Source: Methanosphaera stadtmanae DSM 3091 (GTDB taxonomy: Archaea > Methanobacteriota > Methanobacteria > Methanobacteriales > Methanobacteriaceae). From it: a DNA stretch of 32,000 nt. The translations under genes and the position numbers were made by a program. Location: positions 1,710,001 to 1,742,000 of the forward strand of contig NC_007681.1 in NCBI RefSeq assembly GCF_000012545.1. The letters are read 5' to 3'. Of this stretch, positions 19,588 through 27,309 are shown piece by piece. The notes beneath the pieces were generated by a model that worked only from the letters and a program-made list of their open reading frames with translations, was not told where the DNA came from and ran no database searches. Position 1 is the first letter of the stretch. Every line of letters begins with the position of its first letter.

Positions 19588-19794
19588 TTAATAATTTTTA
19601 TTTAAGAATTCTTTATTCTGAGTATTCATTTCTTTTTCATAGTATTCTGGAGTGTACTCTTTTTTAACTACTTTAGAATCAGTTAATTCCTCTATAATTT
19701 TTAAATAATCCTCACATTTTTGACCTTTAATTCCTTTTGTTTCAGCTTCAACTACGCCATCTTTACGAATCTTAATAATTAATTTTTTAGACAT
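19588..19794 (-). CDS. DUF2997-like small protein; first gene of the candidate operon
   Basis: 68 aa. LIIKIRKDGVVEAETKGIKGQKCEDYLKIIEEL...TPEYYEKE fits the DUF2997 pattern I.I..DG.V..E..G..G..C.....E.L....T.EYY (from memory). A GGTGGA RBS lies upstream. Confidence 0.55.
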   Translation of the reverse strand: MSKKLIIKIRKDGVVEAETKGIKGQKCEDYLKIIEELTDSKVVKKEYTPEYYEKEMNTQNKEFLNKNY

Positions 19795-20083
19795 AATTCC
19801 ACCATGTTATTAAATTCTTATTATTATATTTCTTTTTAAATTAATAAATTTATTCTATTACTTTTTGATAAAAGATAATCTAAAACTACTATGAGAATAT
19901 TAGAATTATTTAAAATAGATAAGAAAGTAAAAAAACATGATATACTCTATTTATTAGATAAAAGTAATTTTTATTAATGAATAAGTATAAAAGTAGAATA
20001 AAAGAAATATATTTTAACTTATATCATTTTAGAAATTAATAAAAAGATATTGAAAGTTTTTAATTTAAAAGAAGGAGATTCAA
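19795..20083. promoter_or_regulatory. divergent promoter region between the candidate operon and the ComEA-like gene
   Basis: 289-bp AT-rich spacer between divergent genes. RBS GGTGGA (plus coordinates 19798-19803, minus strand) precedes the ATG at 19794. RBS GGAG at 20074-20077 lies 6 nt before the TTG at 20084. TATA boxes cannot be pinned by eye in this composition. Confidence 0.4.
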
Positions 20084-20635
20084 TTGTCAGACAATGATGC
20101 GTGTATTGGATGTGTAGCACTTATATTTTTAATCTCTATTGTTGGAGCTTTGTGGCCTGCAGGAAGTGTTATTTTATTTTTTATCATTGGTTTTTATATT
20201 TTATATCTATGTTTTAAACCTCCTGAAAATAAAGATGAACATACCTATAACAACACAGAAAACCAAAACAATAACAGAAACAATAACAGAAATAAAAACC
20301 AAAACAATAAACATAACCCAGCTGATGACTTCAATAATATAAATAATGAAAATATTAGACCAAATGAAGTTAATAGAAAGAACAAAAACATTGAAAAAAT
20401 AGATATTAATACTGCAGGAATTGATGATATTAAAAAGTTACCTGGAATAACTATAATTTCTGCTAAAAAACTTATCCAATATCGTGAAAATGGAAATTAT
20501 GTTAAATCAATGTATGATTTAGGAGAAAAACTAAATTTAAAAGATTATCAATTAGAGCAACTACGACCTTATGTGTTGATTTCTAAAAATAAAGAATACA
20601 CAACAACCAACTACACTAGAAGGGTAGATTTATAA
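20084..20635 (+). CDS. membrane-anchored ComEA-like helix-hairpin-helix DNA-binding protein
   Basis: 183 aa with a TTG start and a strong RBS. N-terminal hydrophobic helices (CVALIFLISIVGALWPAGSVILFFIIGFYILYLCF), an Asn-rich linker, and C-terminal HhH IDINTAGIDDIKKLPGITIISAKKLIQYRENG. Ends RRVDL. Confidence 0.65.
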   Translation: MSDNDACIGCVALIFLISIVGALWPAGSVILFFIIGFYILYLCFKPPENKDEHTYNNTENQNNNRNNNRNKNQNNKHNPADDFNNINNENIRPNEVNRKNKNIEKIDINTAGIDDIKKLPGITIISAKKLIQYRENGNYVKSMYDLGEKLNLKDYQLEQLRPYVLISKNKEYTTTNYTRRVDL

Positions 20636-20658
20636 TATGTAATAAATACATATACTTC

Positions 20659-20665
20659 TTTTTTT
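20659..20665 (+). terminator. oligo-T (T7) terminator candidate after the ComEA-like gene
   Basis: T7 run 24 nt past the stop codon. Confidence 0.4.
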
Positions 20666-20691
20666 ATTTAAGATAAAAATAAACAATATTT

Positions 20692-20708
20692 AAAAAAATA
20701 GAAAAAAA
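20692..20708 (-). terminator. two oligo-T (T7) runs on the minus strand after the NRAMP-family gene
   Basis: A7 at 20692-20698 and A7 at 20702-20708 on the plus strand, directly downstream of the minus-strand stop at 20722-20724. Confidence 0.4.
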
Positions 20709-20721
20709 TAAGAAGTTTCTA

Positions 20722-21981
20722 TTACATGAAACTTGTTATTACCAATATAATTACAAGTATAGTTATTATAACTGTAATTATCCATGCTACTATATTATAC
20801 CATTTAGAGTTTACATACTCCCCCATTATTCTTTTATCATTTATTATCATTAGCATCAATACCAATATAAATGGGAGAAGTATACCATTTAGTACCTGTG
20901 AAAAGAGTAATATTTGCATTAAAGGTATATTTGGTATTAATATAATTATTGCACATACAAATATCATACCAGCATATAATCCATGGAACATTGGTGCTTC
21001 TTTAAAGCTTTTTGAAATTCCTGTTTCAAATCCTAAACTTTCACATACATAGTATGCTGTGGATAATGGAAGAATAATTGCACTAAATAATGATGCATTG
21101 AGAAATCCTAATCCAAATAATATTCCAGCATATTCACCTGCAACAGGAATTAATGCAGTTGCTATATCTTTTACATCACTAACAGGTGTTCCTACAACAT
21201 GTATTGTTGCTGCACATGCTATTAATATAAATAATGCTACTACTCCAGTAAATATTGGTCCAAGTATTGATTCTGCCCTTGAATACTTAAGTTCATCCTT
21301 ACTTACTCCTTTTTCTACAACTGATGATTGTAGATAGAATTGCATCCATGGAGCTATTGTTGTACCAATAAGTCCTACAACCATTGTAATATATGGCGTA
21401 TCTAGCTGTACCTTTGGTACTACGGAACTTGCTACTAGTGACCAGTCGGGATGTGCCATTAATCCTGCTACTATATATGAAATATATACTAATGAGAATA
21501 TTATGAATATTTTTTCAACATTTTTATAATTTCCCTTTATTACAAGTAACCATATTATTATTGCAGCTAATATTACCGATATATATGATGGTATACCAAA
21601 TATTTCTGAGGATACCACTATACCTGAGAATTCTGCTAGTGTATTTCCCATATTTGCTATTAACAATCCTATCATTATAAATATGGTTATTTTTACCCCT
21701 ACTTTTTCACGTATTAAACTTGCAAGTCCCTTACCTGAAATTATTCCCATTCTAACACCCATTTCCTGGGCTACTATTAATGAGAATATCATTGGTATAA
21801 ATGTCCAGATGAGATTATATCCATACTGTGCTCCTGCTAAACTGTATGTTAATATTCCTCCACTATCATTATCTACCATTGCTGTTATTAATCCCGGTCC
21901 TAATACTGATATAAATATAAATATAGAAGCAAGAGTTGGATAATTTTTTAATTTATGTTTTACAAAGTCTGAAAATGTCAT
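20722..21981 (-). CDS. NRAMP/SLC11-family transporter with NRMT-like (Mg-type) site substitutions
   Basis: 419 aa, about 11 TM helices. TM1 region GPGLITAMVDNDSGGILTYSLAGAQYGYNLIW has DSGG where canonical NRAMP has DPGN. TM6 region GTTIAPW stands where canonical NRAMP has GA.VMPH. Confidence 0.75.
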   Translation of the reverse strand: MTFSDFVKHKLKNYPTLASIFIFISVLGPGLITAMVDNDSGGILTYSLAGAQYGYNLIWTFIPMIFSLIVAQEMGVRMGIISGKGLASLIREKVGVKITIFIMIGLLIANMGNTLAEFSGIVVSSEIFGIPSYISVILAAIIIWLLVIKGNYKNVEKIFIIFSLVYISYIVAGLMAHPDWSLVASSVVPKVQLDTPYITMVVGLIGTTIAPWMQFYLQSSVVEKGVSKDELKYSRAESILGPIFTGVVALFILIACAATIHVVGTPVSDVKDIATALIPVAGEYAGILFGLGFLNASLFSAIILPLSTAYYVCESLGFETGISKSFKEAPMFHGLYAGMIFVCAIIILIPNIPLMQILLFSQVLNGILLPFILVLMLMIINDKRIMGEYVNSKWYNIVAWIITVIITILVIILVITSFM

Positions 21982-22000
21982 TATATCTTACCTCATATTT

Positions 22001-23227
22001 TTATCTAAACATTTTTGGAATTCTCTTTTTCCATGCTGTAGGTAGTATAATATCTATTGCATCATCTACTGTAATTATTCCTTTCATCTTATTGGATTCA
22101 TCAACAACTGGAAGTGCTATTAAGTTATATTTAGCAACTATTTTAGCTACTTCATCCTCTTCTTCATGTACATCAACAGATATGAATTCATGTTTCATAT
22201 AATCATATATTGGAGTATTATCATCATTTAAAAGTAATTCTCTTATTGTTAAAATTCCCTTTAATGTTTCATCATCAGATAATACATAGATATAGTATAA
22301 AGTTTCCACATCATCTGCTATTCTTCTCAATTCATCCATTACTTCTTTTGTAGTTATATTTCCTTTTACTGATGCATATTCTGTTGTCATTATACCTCCA
22401 GCAGTATTTTCTGGATATCTTAGTAATTCCCTTAATTCTCTTGATTCTTCAGGATCCATTAATTGAAGAATTTCTTCTTTTTTCTCATCAGATATTGATG
22501 CTAATAGGTCTGCTGCATCATCTGGTGACATTTCATCAATTAAATCTGCTGCTTCGCGTTTTTCCATTTCTGTAAGAATTGTCTTCTGTTTTTCGGGAGA
22601 TATTTCTTCAAATGCATCTGCAGCTGATTCATCATCTAATGAATTTAAAATACTCATTGAATCTGATATTCCTAAGTTATCCACAATATCTGCTATGTCT
22701 GCTGGATGTAATCTTGTTAATTTTTTCTTGGAAACTTTAAGTTTTAAATTTGTAAAATCCAATGAATCTATATCATTCCATGAAATTATATTATCTTCTT
22801 TATAGAATTTTTTTGAGATATTTCCAAGCCCCAATCTTCTAAATAGACCATTTATTCCAATATCTACACCTATTATATAGTAGTTTCCCCTCTTACATGA
22901 TATTTCCACATCATTTACTCGTCTTATTTTACTTCCTTCCATGTCCACTACTTGTCTATCAAGTATATCTCTTGATAATTTAATTGTTGAATCTTGTTTT
23001 GGATATTGTTTTATGTCTTCTAATGGTTTATTTAATTTTATTTTTGTCTTAGTGATTTTTTCTATGTTCGATGAGGGTATAAAATAATTTTCTCCATTAG
23101 CTCTTATTTTTATTGCTTCTATGAGAGGATATGTTCTGTCAGAAGATATAATTATATCTTTAACTTTCCCATAATCCTCATTATTAAGGTCAAAAACTTT
23201 TTTATTTAATAATTCTGTAAGATACAT
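22001..23227 (-). CDS. soluble MgtE-N domain plus CBS-pair protein with an N-terminal PRC-barrel-like region (no membrane domain)
   Basis: 408 aa. MgtE_N-like acidic helical repeats (LHPADIADIVDNL...AADAFEEISPEKQ...AADLIDEMSPDDAADLL), TAGGIMTTEY, then a CBS pair (ALPVVDESNKMKGIITVDDAI). The protein ends before any TM segment. Confidence 0.75.
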   Translation of the reverse strand: MYLTELLNKKVFDLNNEDYGKVKDIIISSDRTYPLIEAIKIRANGENYFIPSSNIEKITKTKIKLNKPLEDIKQYPKQDSTIKLSRDILDRQVVDMEGSKIRRVNDVEISCKRGNYYIIGVDIGINGLFRRLGLGNISKKFYKEDNIISWNDIDSLDFTNLKLKVSKKKLTRLHPADIADIVDNLGISDSMSILNSLDDESAADAFEEISPEKQKTILTEMEKREAADLIDEMSPDDAADLLASISDEKKEEILQLMDPEESRELRELLRYPENTAGGIMTTEYASVKGNITTKEVMDELRRIADDVETLYYIYVLSDDETLKGILTIRELLLNDDNTPIYDYMKHEFISVDVHEEEDEVAKIVAKYNLIALPVVDESNKMKGIITVDDAIDIILPTAWKKRIPKMFR

Positions 23228-23259
23228 TGTTCTACCCTCATTTTACTATGTTACGCTAT

Positions 23260-23712
23260 TTATCCATCCAAATCTACTTTTAGAGGTTCTTCTTTTAATT
23301 TTTCCATTACTATTAATTCTCGTAATTCTTCTATTCCATCTATTGTTCTAATTTCTGAATTAACTATATCATTTAATTCTTCTAGTGTATGTGCCCATAC
23401 TTTTATTAAAATATCATATTCTCCAGAAATACTGTATACTTGTGATACTTTGTCTAGTTTTGGTAATTCTATTTCTACATTTTCATGTTTTTCTGTTTCT
23501 GTTTGAATAATTATCATTGCAATAACTTTTATTCCTATGGCTTCTGGATTGATTATTGTCGTGTATTGTTCTATTATATTGTTATTTTCTAATTTTTTAA
23601 TTCTATTTGATACTGTTGAGTCAGGTATTCCTGTTTTTGAAGATATTTTTGATATGGGCATTCTCGAATTAGATATTAGTTCTGTTAAAATCTTTTTATC
23701 ATTTTCATCCAT
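23260..23712 (-). CDS. Lrp/AsnC family transcriptional regulator
   Basis: 150 aa. N-terminal HTH (DENDKKILTELISNSRMPISKISSKTGIPDSTVSNRIKKLE) and a C-terminal RAM/AsnC_trans_reg-like domain. Confidence 0.85.
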   Translation of the reverse strand: MDENDKKILTELISNSRMPISKISSKTGIPDSTVSNRIKKLENNNIIEQYTTIINPEAIGIKVIAMIIIQTETEKHENVEIELPKLDKVSQVYSISGEYDILIKVWAHTLEELNDIVNSEIRTIDGIEELRELIVMEKLKEEPLKVDLDG

Positions 23713-23963
23713 TGAAAATCATCCACTTTTTTTATGGTATCTTTTTATCTAGATTATATTTTTCTAAATAAAACTATATATAATTTGGTGTATTTCCCAA
23801 TTATTATAATAAATATGGGGAAATTCCTCATTTAATTAAAAAAAATTGTTGAAAACCTCAAAATTTATAAAATATTTAAGAATAAAAGAACATGATTAAA
23901 TATGATGATTTACAAGTAAAGATAATATTAAAAAAAATAGTTAAAAAAGAATATAAAGAAGAT

Positions 23964-24647
23964 TTATTGATGTTTATTTGTTAATAAAAGAAATAGTTTC
24001 CTATAAAATCTTACAATATAACCAACAACAACACCTGCAAATATAGTTCCAAGACCCACTCCCTTAAATGTACCAAAGAAAATTAATGACATGATAACTC
24101 CTAAAATCACGTTTGTTGTGTCAAAATATGTTTTAAGTTTTCCAAAATCAGTATGTGTAACTGAATGAATAGCTAATGATACTCCTTCTCCTGGAAGAAC
24201 TATTGCATGAGAATTAACTTCAAAAAAAACTCCTAATGCTATTATAATACAGCTTATAAAACAAATAAACCATTGCATCACATAAGATGTTGGTATTATA
24301 TTTATTGTTAAATATAATGAGAAATCTATAAAATAGCCAAAAATAAAATTCACAATTATTTGTAATAATTGAATTTTTGGAAATTTTGATCTAAGAATCA
24401 ATATTTGAATTATAATAAGTAATGTATTAAAAAGAATAGTGATTGTTCCCAGTGATAATGGAAATTTAAAACTTAACACATAAGGTATACATGAAATTGG
24501 AGTAGTACCAAGATTAGATCTTACTGATAATGCTACACCAAATGACATTATAAATAAACCTATTATTAAAATTGAATAATTATTTAGTACTTGTTTATAA
24601 TCTATTTTATACAAATCTAGTTTTATATAATCATTTATAGTTTTCAT
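23964..24647 (-). CDS. integral membrane protein, YczE/YitT-like
   Basis: 227 aa, about 6 TM helices. The N-terminal pattern IIGLFIMSFGVALSVRSNLGTTPISCIPYVLS resembles the YczE/DUF6198 family (from memory). Confidence 0.5.
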   Translation of the reverse strand: MKTINDYIKLDLYKIDYKQVLNNYSILIIGLFIMSFGVALSVRSNLGTTPISCIPYVLSFKFPLSLGTITILFNTLLIIIQILILRSKFPKIQLLQIIVNFIFGYFIDFSLYLTINIIPTSYVMQWFICFISCIIIALGVFFEVNSHAIVLPGEGVSLAIHSVTHTDFGKLKTYFDTTNVILGVIMSLIFFGTFKGVGLGTIFAGVVVGYIVRFYRKLFLLLTNKHQ

Positions 24648-24726
24648 AATCTCTTATACTAGTATATCTCTTTTTTAATATTTAAAAGAAAGTTTAATGT
24701 GGAAATATGATATTTCCACTAGATTA

Positions 24727-25575
24727 TTAATTAGAAATACTTAATTTTAATATGTATATTTCAGGATCATATATAGAATCTAAGTATTTTTCCAGATTAT
24801 TTTCATCATAAACTAAATATGATGTTGTATTTGTATTTATATGAATGTATATTGTATCACTTTCTGAATTAAGTAAAGATTCAACCTCTTGATTTATATT
24901 CTTTTTATTAGATACTGTGTTATTTACTTGTTGATTGTATGTATTTGATAATATGTAATTAGTTTCATTATTTGAGACCATATAAAATATTCCATTATAC
25001 ATTGATGTTCTATTAATTGAAAAAGGTTTACATTGCCAAATACTACTTGAATTATTATGATTATATGGACAATAATTCATATACTTATGACTTTTAATAG
25101 TGTAAATATCATAGCCATAATCAATTATTATAGGAACTTCCTTCGAATAAATATTATTTCTATTCTCTAAGCTATATTCACCCGCAATATATTCTTGATT
25201 TTTAGGATTATTTTTAGGATATACTATTAATGAATAAGACAAACCTTTTGGAAAAAAATCATCGATTAAATCAGTATTATTTTTAAGTTTAGATAACTTA
25301 TTATAACTTATTTGATAAGATAAACTATTTTTTCTAAGACCAATTGTTTTTATATCTTTATCTGAAAGATTATCCCAATTACTTGGAGTTCCCTCACTCA
25401 TAATAAGAGTATCCATTGTATCCTCAAGAATTTGATTTGTCATTCTATTATCCAATATCATTACTTGATTATTATTAATTGTATTAAATATGTAAAGTAT
25501 CATAGAAATACAAATTACTATAATTATAATATACAATATTAATTCTGTTATTATTAATTGTCCTTTTGAATTCAT
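24727..25575 (-). CDS. hypothetical secreted/surface protein with an archaeal class III (type IV pilin-like) signal peptide
   Basis: 282 aa. N-terminus MNSKGQLIITELILYIIIIVICISMIL fits K-G/Q cleavage followed by a hydrophobic helix with Glu near +6. The rest is Asn/Tyr-rich with no further TM helix. Confidence 0.5.
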   Translation of the reverse strand: MNSKGQLIITELILYIIIIVICISMILYIFNTINNNQVMILDNRMTNQILEDTMDTLIMSEGTPSNWDNLSDKDIKTIGLRKNSLSYQISYNKLSKLKNNTDLIDDFFPKGLSYSLIVYPKNNPKNQEYIAGEYSLENRNNIYSKEVPIIIDYGYDIYTIKSHKYMNYCPYNHNNSSSIWQCKPFSINRTSMYNGIFYMVSNNETNYILSNTYNQQVNNTVSNKKNINQEVESLLNSESDTIYIHINTNTTSYLVYDENNLEKYLDSIYDPEIYILKLSISN

Positions 25576-26501
25576 AACCCATACTTATTTTTATGACCAT
25601 TATCCAAGTATAATATCGTATTATTATCTAATATATGTACTTGTCCCATATACTGTCCTTCTGTATCGTTTAATAAAACATGATCTATAGATACTGGTGC
25701 TTTTTCTACAATTCCTGTTGGTATTACAAATGTTTCAATACCATAATCTAGACAAGATGTTTTATTTTCTAATCTACAAAATATACATAAACCATCATGA
25801 CTTTCATGATAATAATGATTATTAATACAATTAAGAATTGTTGTATTGTTATTTCCATGTTCTTCATAATTTGTATATGGACAAGGCTTTATAACACAAC
25901 CAGATATTGCATTATCATATACTCCACTATTTTCTAATTGAGTTATTTGATTATAATAAACAATATCATTTGAAAGAGCAGTATCTGCTTTTAATATGGC
26001 AAATGGATCATATACTGGATATTCATCATCTACTAATTCAACATAAATCTTCTTACCTTGACTTATGTTACTATCTTCTCTAAATTTAGAATCAATTTTA
26101 TATGATACTTCTAATTGAAATGGATTTGTCTTTGATGTTTTAATATCTGTAACATTACATGATATTATACAACCCATATTTTTTTCATAAAATACTTCTT
26201 TTTCTTTTAATTTGTAATTTATATCTGTTATAAGTTCTTCGGTAGCATTCACTAATGGTTTTCTATTTATAATTACAGATAATGTTAAATTATTCATTGA
26301 TTTTCTTGTTAATAGAGGTATTTCCCTTTGAAAATCATTAGTTACAATGGTTAATTTATTATCCTGAATATTTTCTACTGTTTTATTAATATAGTGATTT
26401 TCTTGTTCAATTATTGTTATTAAAAGAAACATAATAGGTATTATCATGACCATAATGAGAATACCAGTTATATATCCCTTATTATCATTTAATAGTTTCA
26501 T
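25572..26501 (-). CDS. hypothetical pilin-like protein with a Cys/His-rich C-terminal domain
   Basis: 309 aa. N-terminus MKLLNDNKGYITGILIMVMIIPIMFLLITII. C-terminal half contains GCVIKPCPY, LNCINNHYYHESHDGLCIFCRLENKTSC. Overlaps the downstream gene by 4 nt. Confidence 0.45.
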   Translation of the reverse strand: MKLLNDNKGYITGILIMVMIIPIMFLLITIIEQENHYINKTVENIQDNKLTIVTNDFQREIPLLTRKSMNNLTLSVIINRKPLVNATEELITDINYKLKEKEVFYEKNMGCIISCNVTDIKTSKTNPFQLEVSYKIDSKFREDSNISQGKKIYVELVDDEYPVYDPFAILKADTALSNDIVYYNQITQLENSGVYDNAISGCVIKPCPYTNYEEHGNNNTTILNCINNHYYHESHDGLCIFCRLENKTSCLDYGIETFVIPTGIVEKAPVSIDHVLLNDTEGQYMGQVHILDNNTILYLDNGHKNKYGL

Positions 26502-26630
26502 AATTATTATAAATAATATATTAAAAATGTATTACAATATATGTTATATATAAATTGATAATTTATAAAAGTTATTATAATTTTAAACATTGTATAAAAT
26601 TAATAAAAAAATAAGTTTCTGCTGAAATAA

Positions 26631-26966
26631 TTAATCTATTATTTCAACTGAATTTACAACCACGCCAAGTTTATATTTTTCAGATGAATATTCATCTAAT
26701 TGTCCCATAATATCCATAATCACGCGCATATTACCATCATCAAGAAAGGATAACAGTCTAGACTGGAAATGTTCCCAATGTTCTTCTTTATCTGTACCAA
26801 TATAAGTTCTACTTATAGTTGATATATCTTCAAACCATTTTCCAGAACTTTGATATTCAAGTGTTTCATCCACTGGAAAACCAATTGTTGTAATTCTAAG
26901 GTCTATTGATAAATTATCATCAACTGATAATATATCTCTTATTGAATAATGAACTATTCTATCCAT
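26631..26966 (-). CDS. hypothetical protein
   Basis: 111-aa ORF with ordinary, non-low-complexity composition. I recognise no family. Confidence 0.4.
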   Translation of the reverse strand: MDRIVHYSIRDILSVDDNLSIDLRITTIGFPVDETLEYQSSGKWFEDISTISRTYIGTDKEEHWEHFQSRLLSFLDDGNMRVIMDIMGQLDEYSSEKYKLGVVVNSVEIID

Positions 26967-27309
26967 ACAAATTCCTTCAAAATAATTTCTATGTAAATAA
27001 TATATTTTCTACACATATAATACTATTTATTAAAACAAAATGTAAAGAAAAATTAAATAAATATGATTATTTATCAAATAAAAGTAAGTTTTTCCCTTAG
27101 ATTAACCTATAAAATAAAAAATTCTATTAAAATTTATTTTATTAAATTAATTATTATTACTTAAAAATATATTAAATTAAATACTTCTTACTTTAAATAA
27201 AAGTAATACTTTTTACTCTAAATAAGCTATAAATGTATTAAATACCTTTAATAGTATTAAACTACATAGGATTATTAAAAAATATATTTAAAAGTAATAC
27301 ATTTTATAG

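Noticed and set aside
20267-20290. Two perfect tandem copies of aacaataacaga (coding NNNR NNNR), and similar Asn-rich stretches at about 16290-16380
   Set aside because: This is coding low-complexity sequence typical of very AT-rich genomes. It is not a CRISPR, a satellite or a regulatory repeat.
20726-22202. Four plus-strand ORFs (20726-21052, 21059-21337, 21683-21943, 21936-22202)
   Set aside because: All lie antisense to the NRAMP-family and MgtE-N/CBS genes. They are hydrophobic mirror translations of membrane-protein codons and are not independent genes.
27199-27300. 11-mer aaaagtaatac present twice (27199-27209 and 27290-27300) upstream of the fused cbiX gene, plus the small palindrome gtatt-a-aatac; considered as a metal-regulator operator
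   Set aside because: These are short AT-only words in DNA that is almost pure A/T. I have no known archaeal operator consensus to compare with, and I cannot distinguish this from chance without genome-wide statistics.
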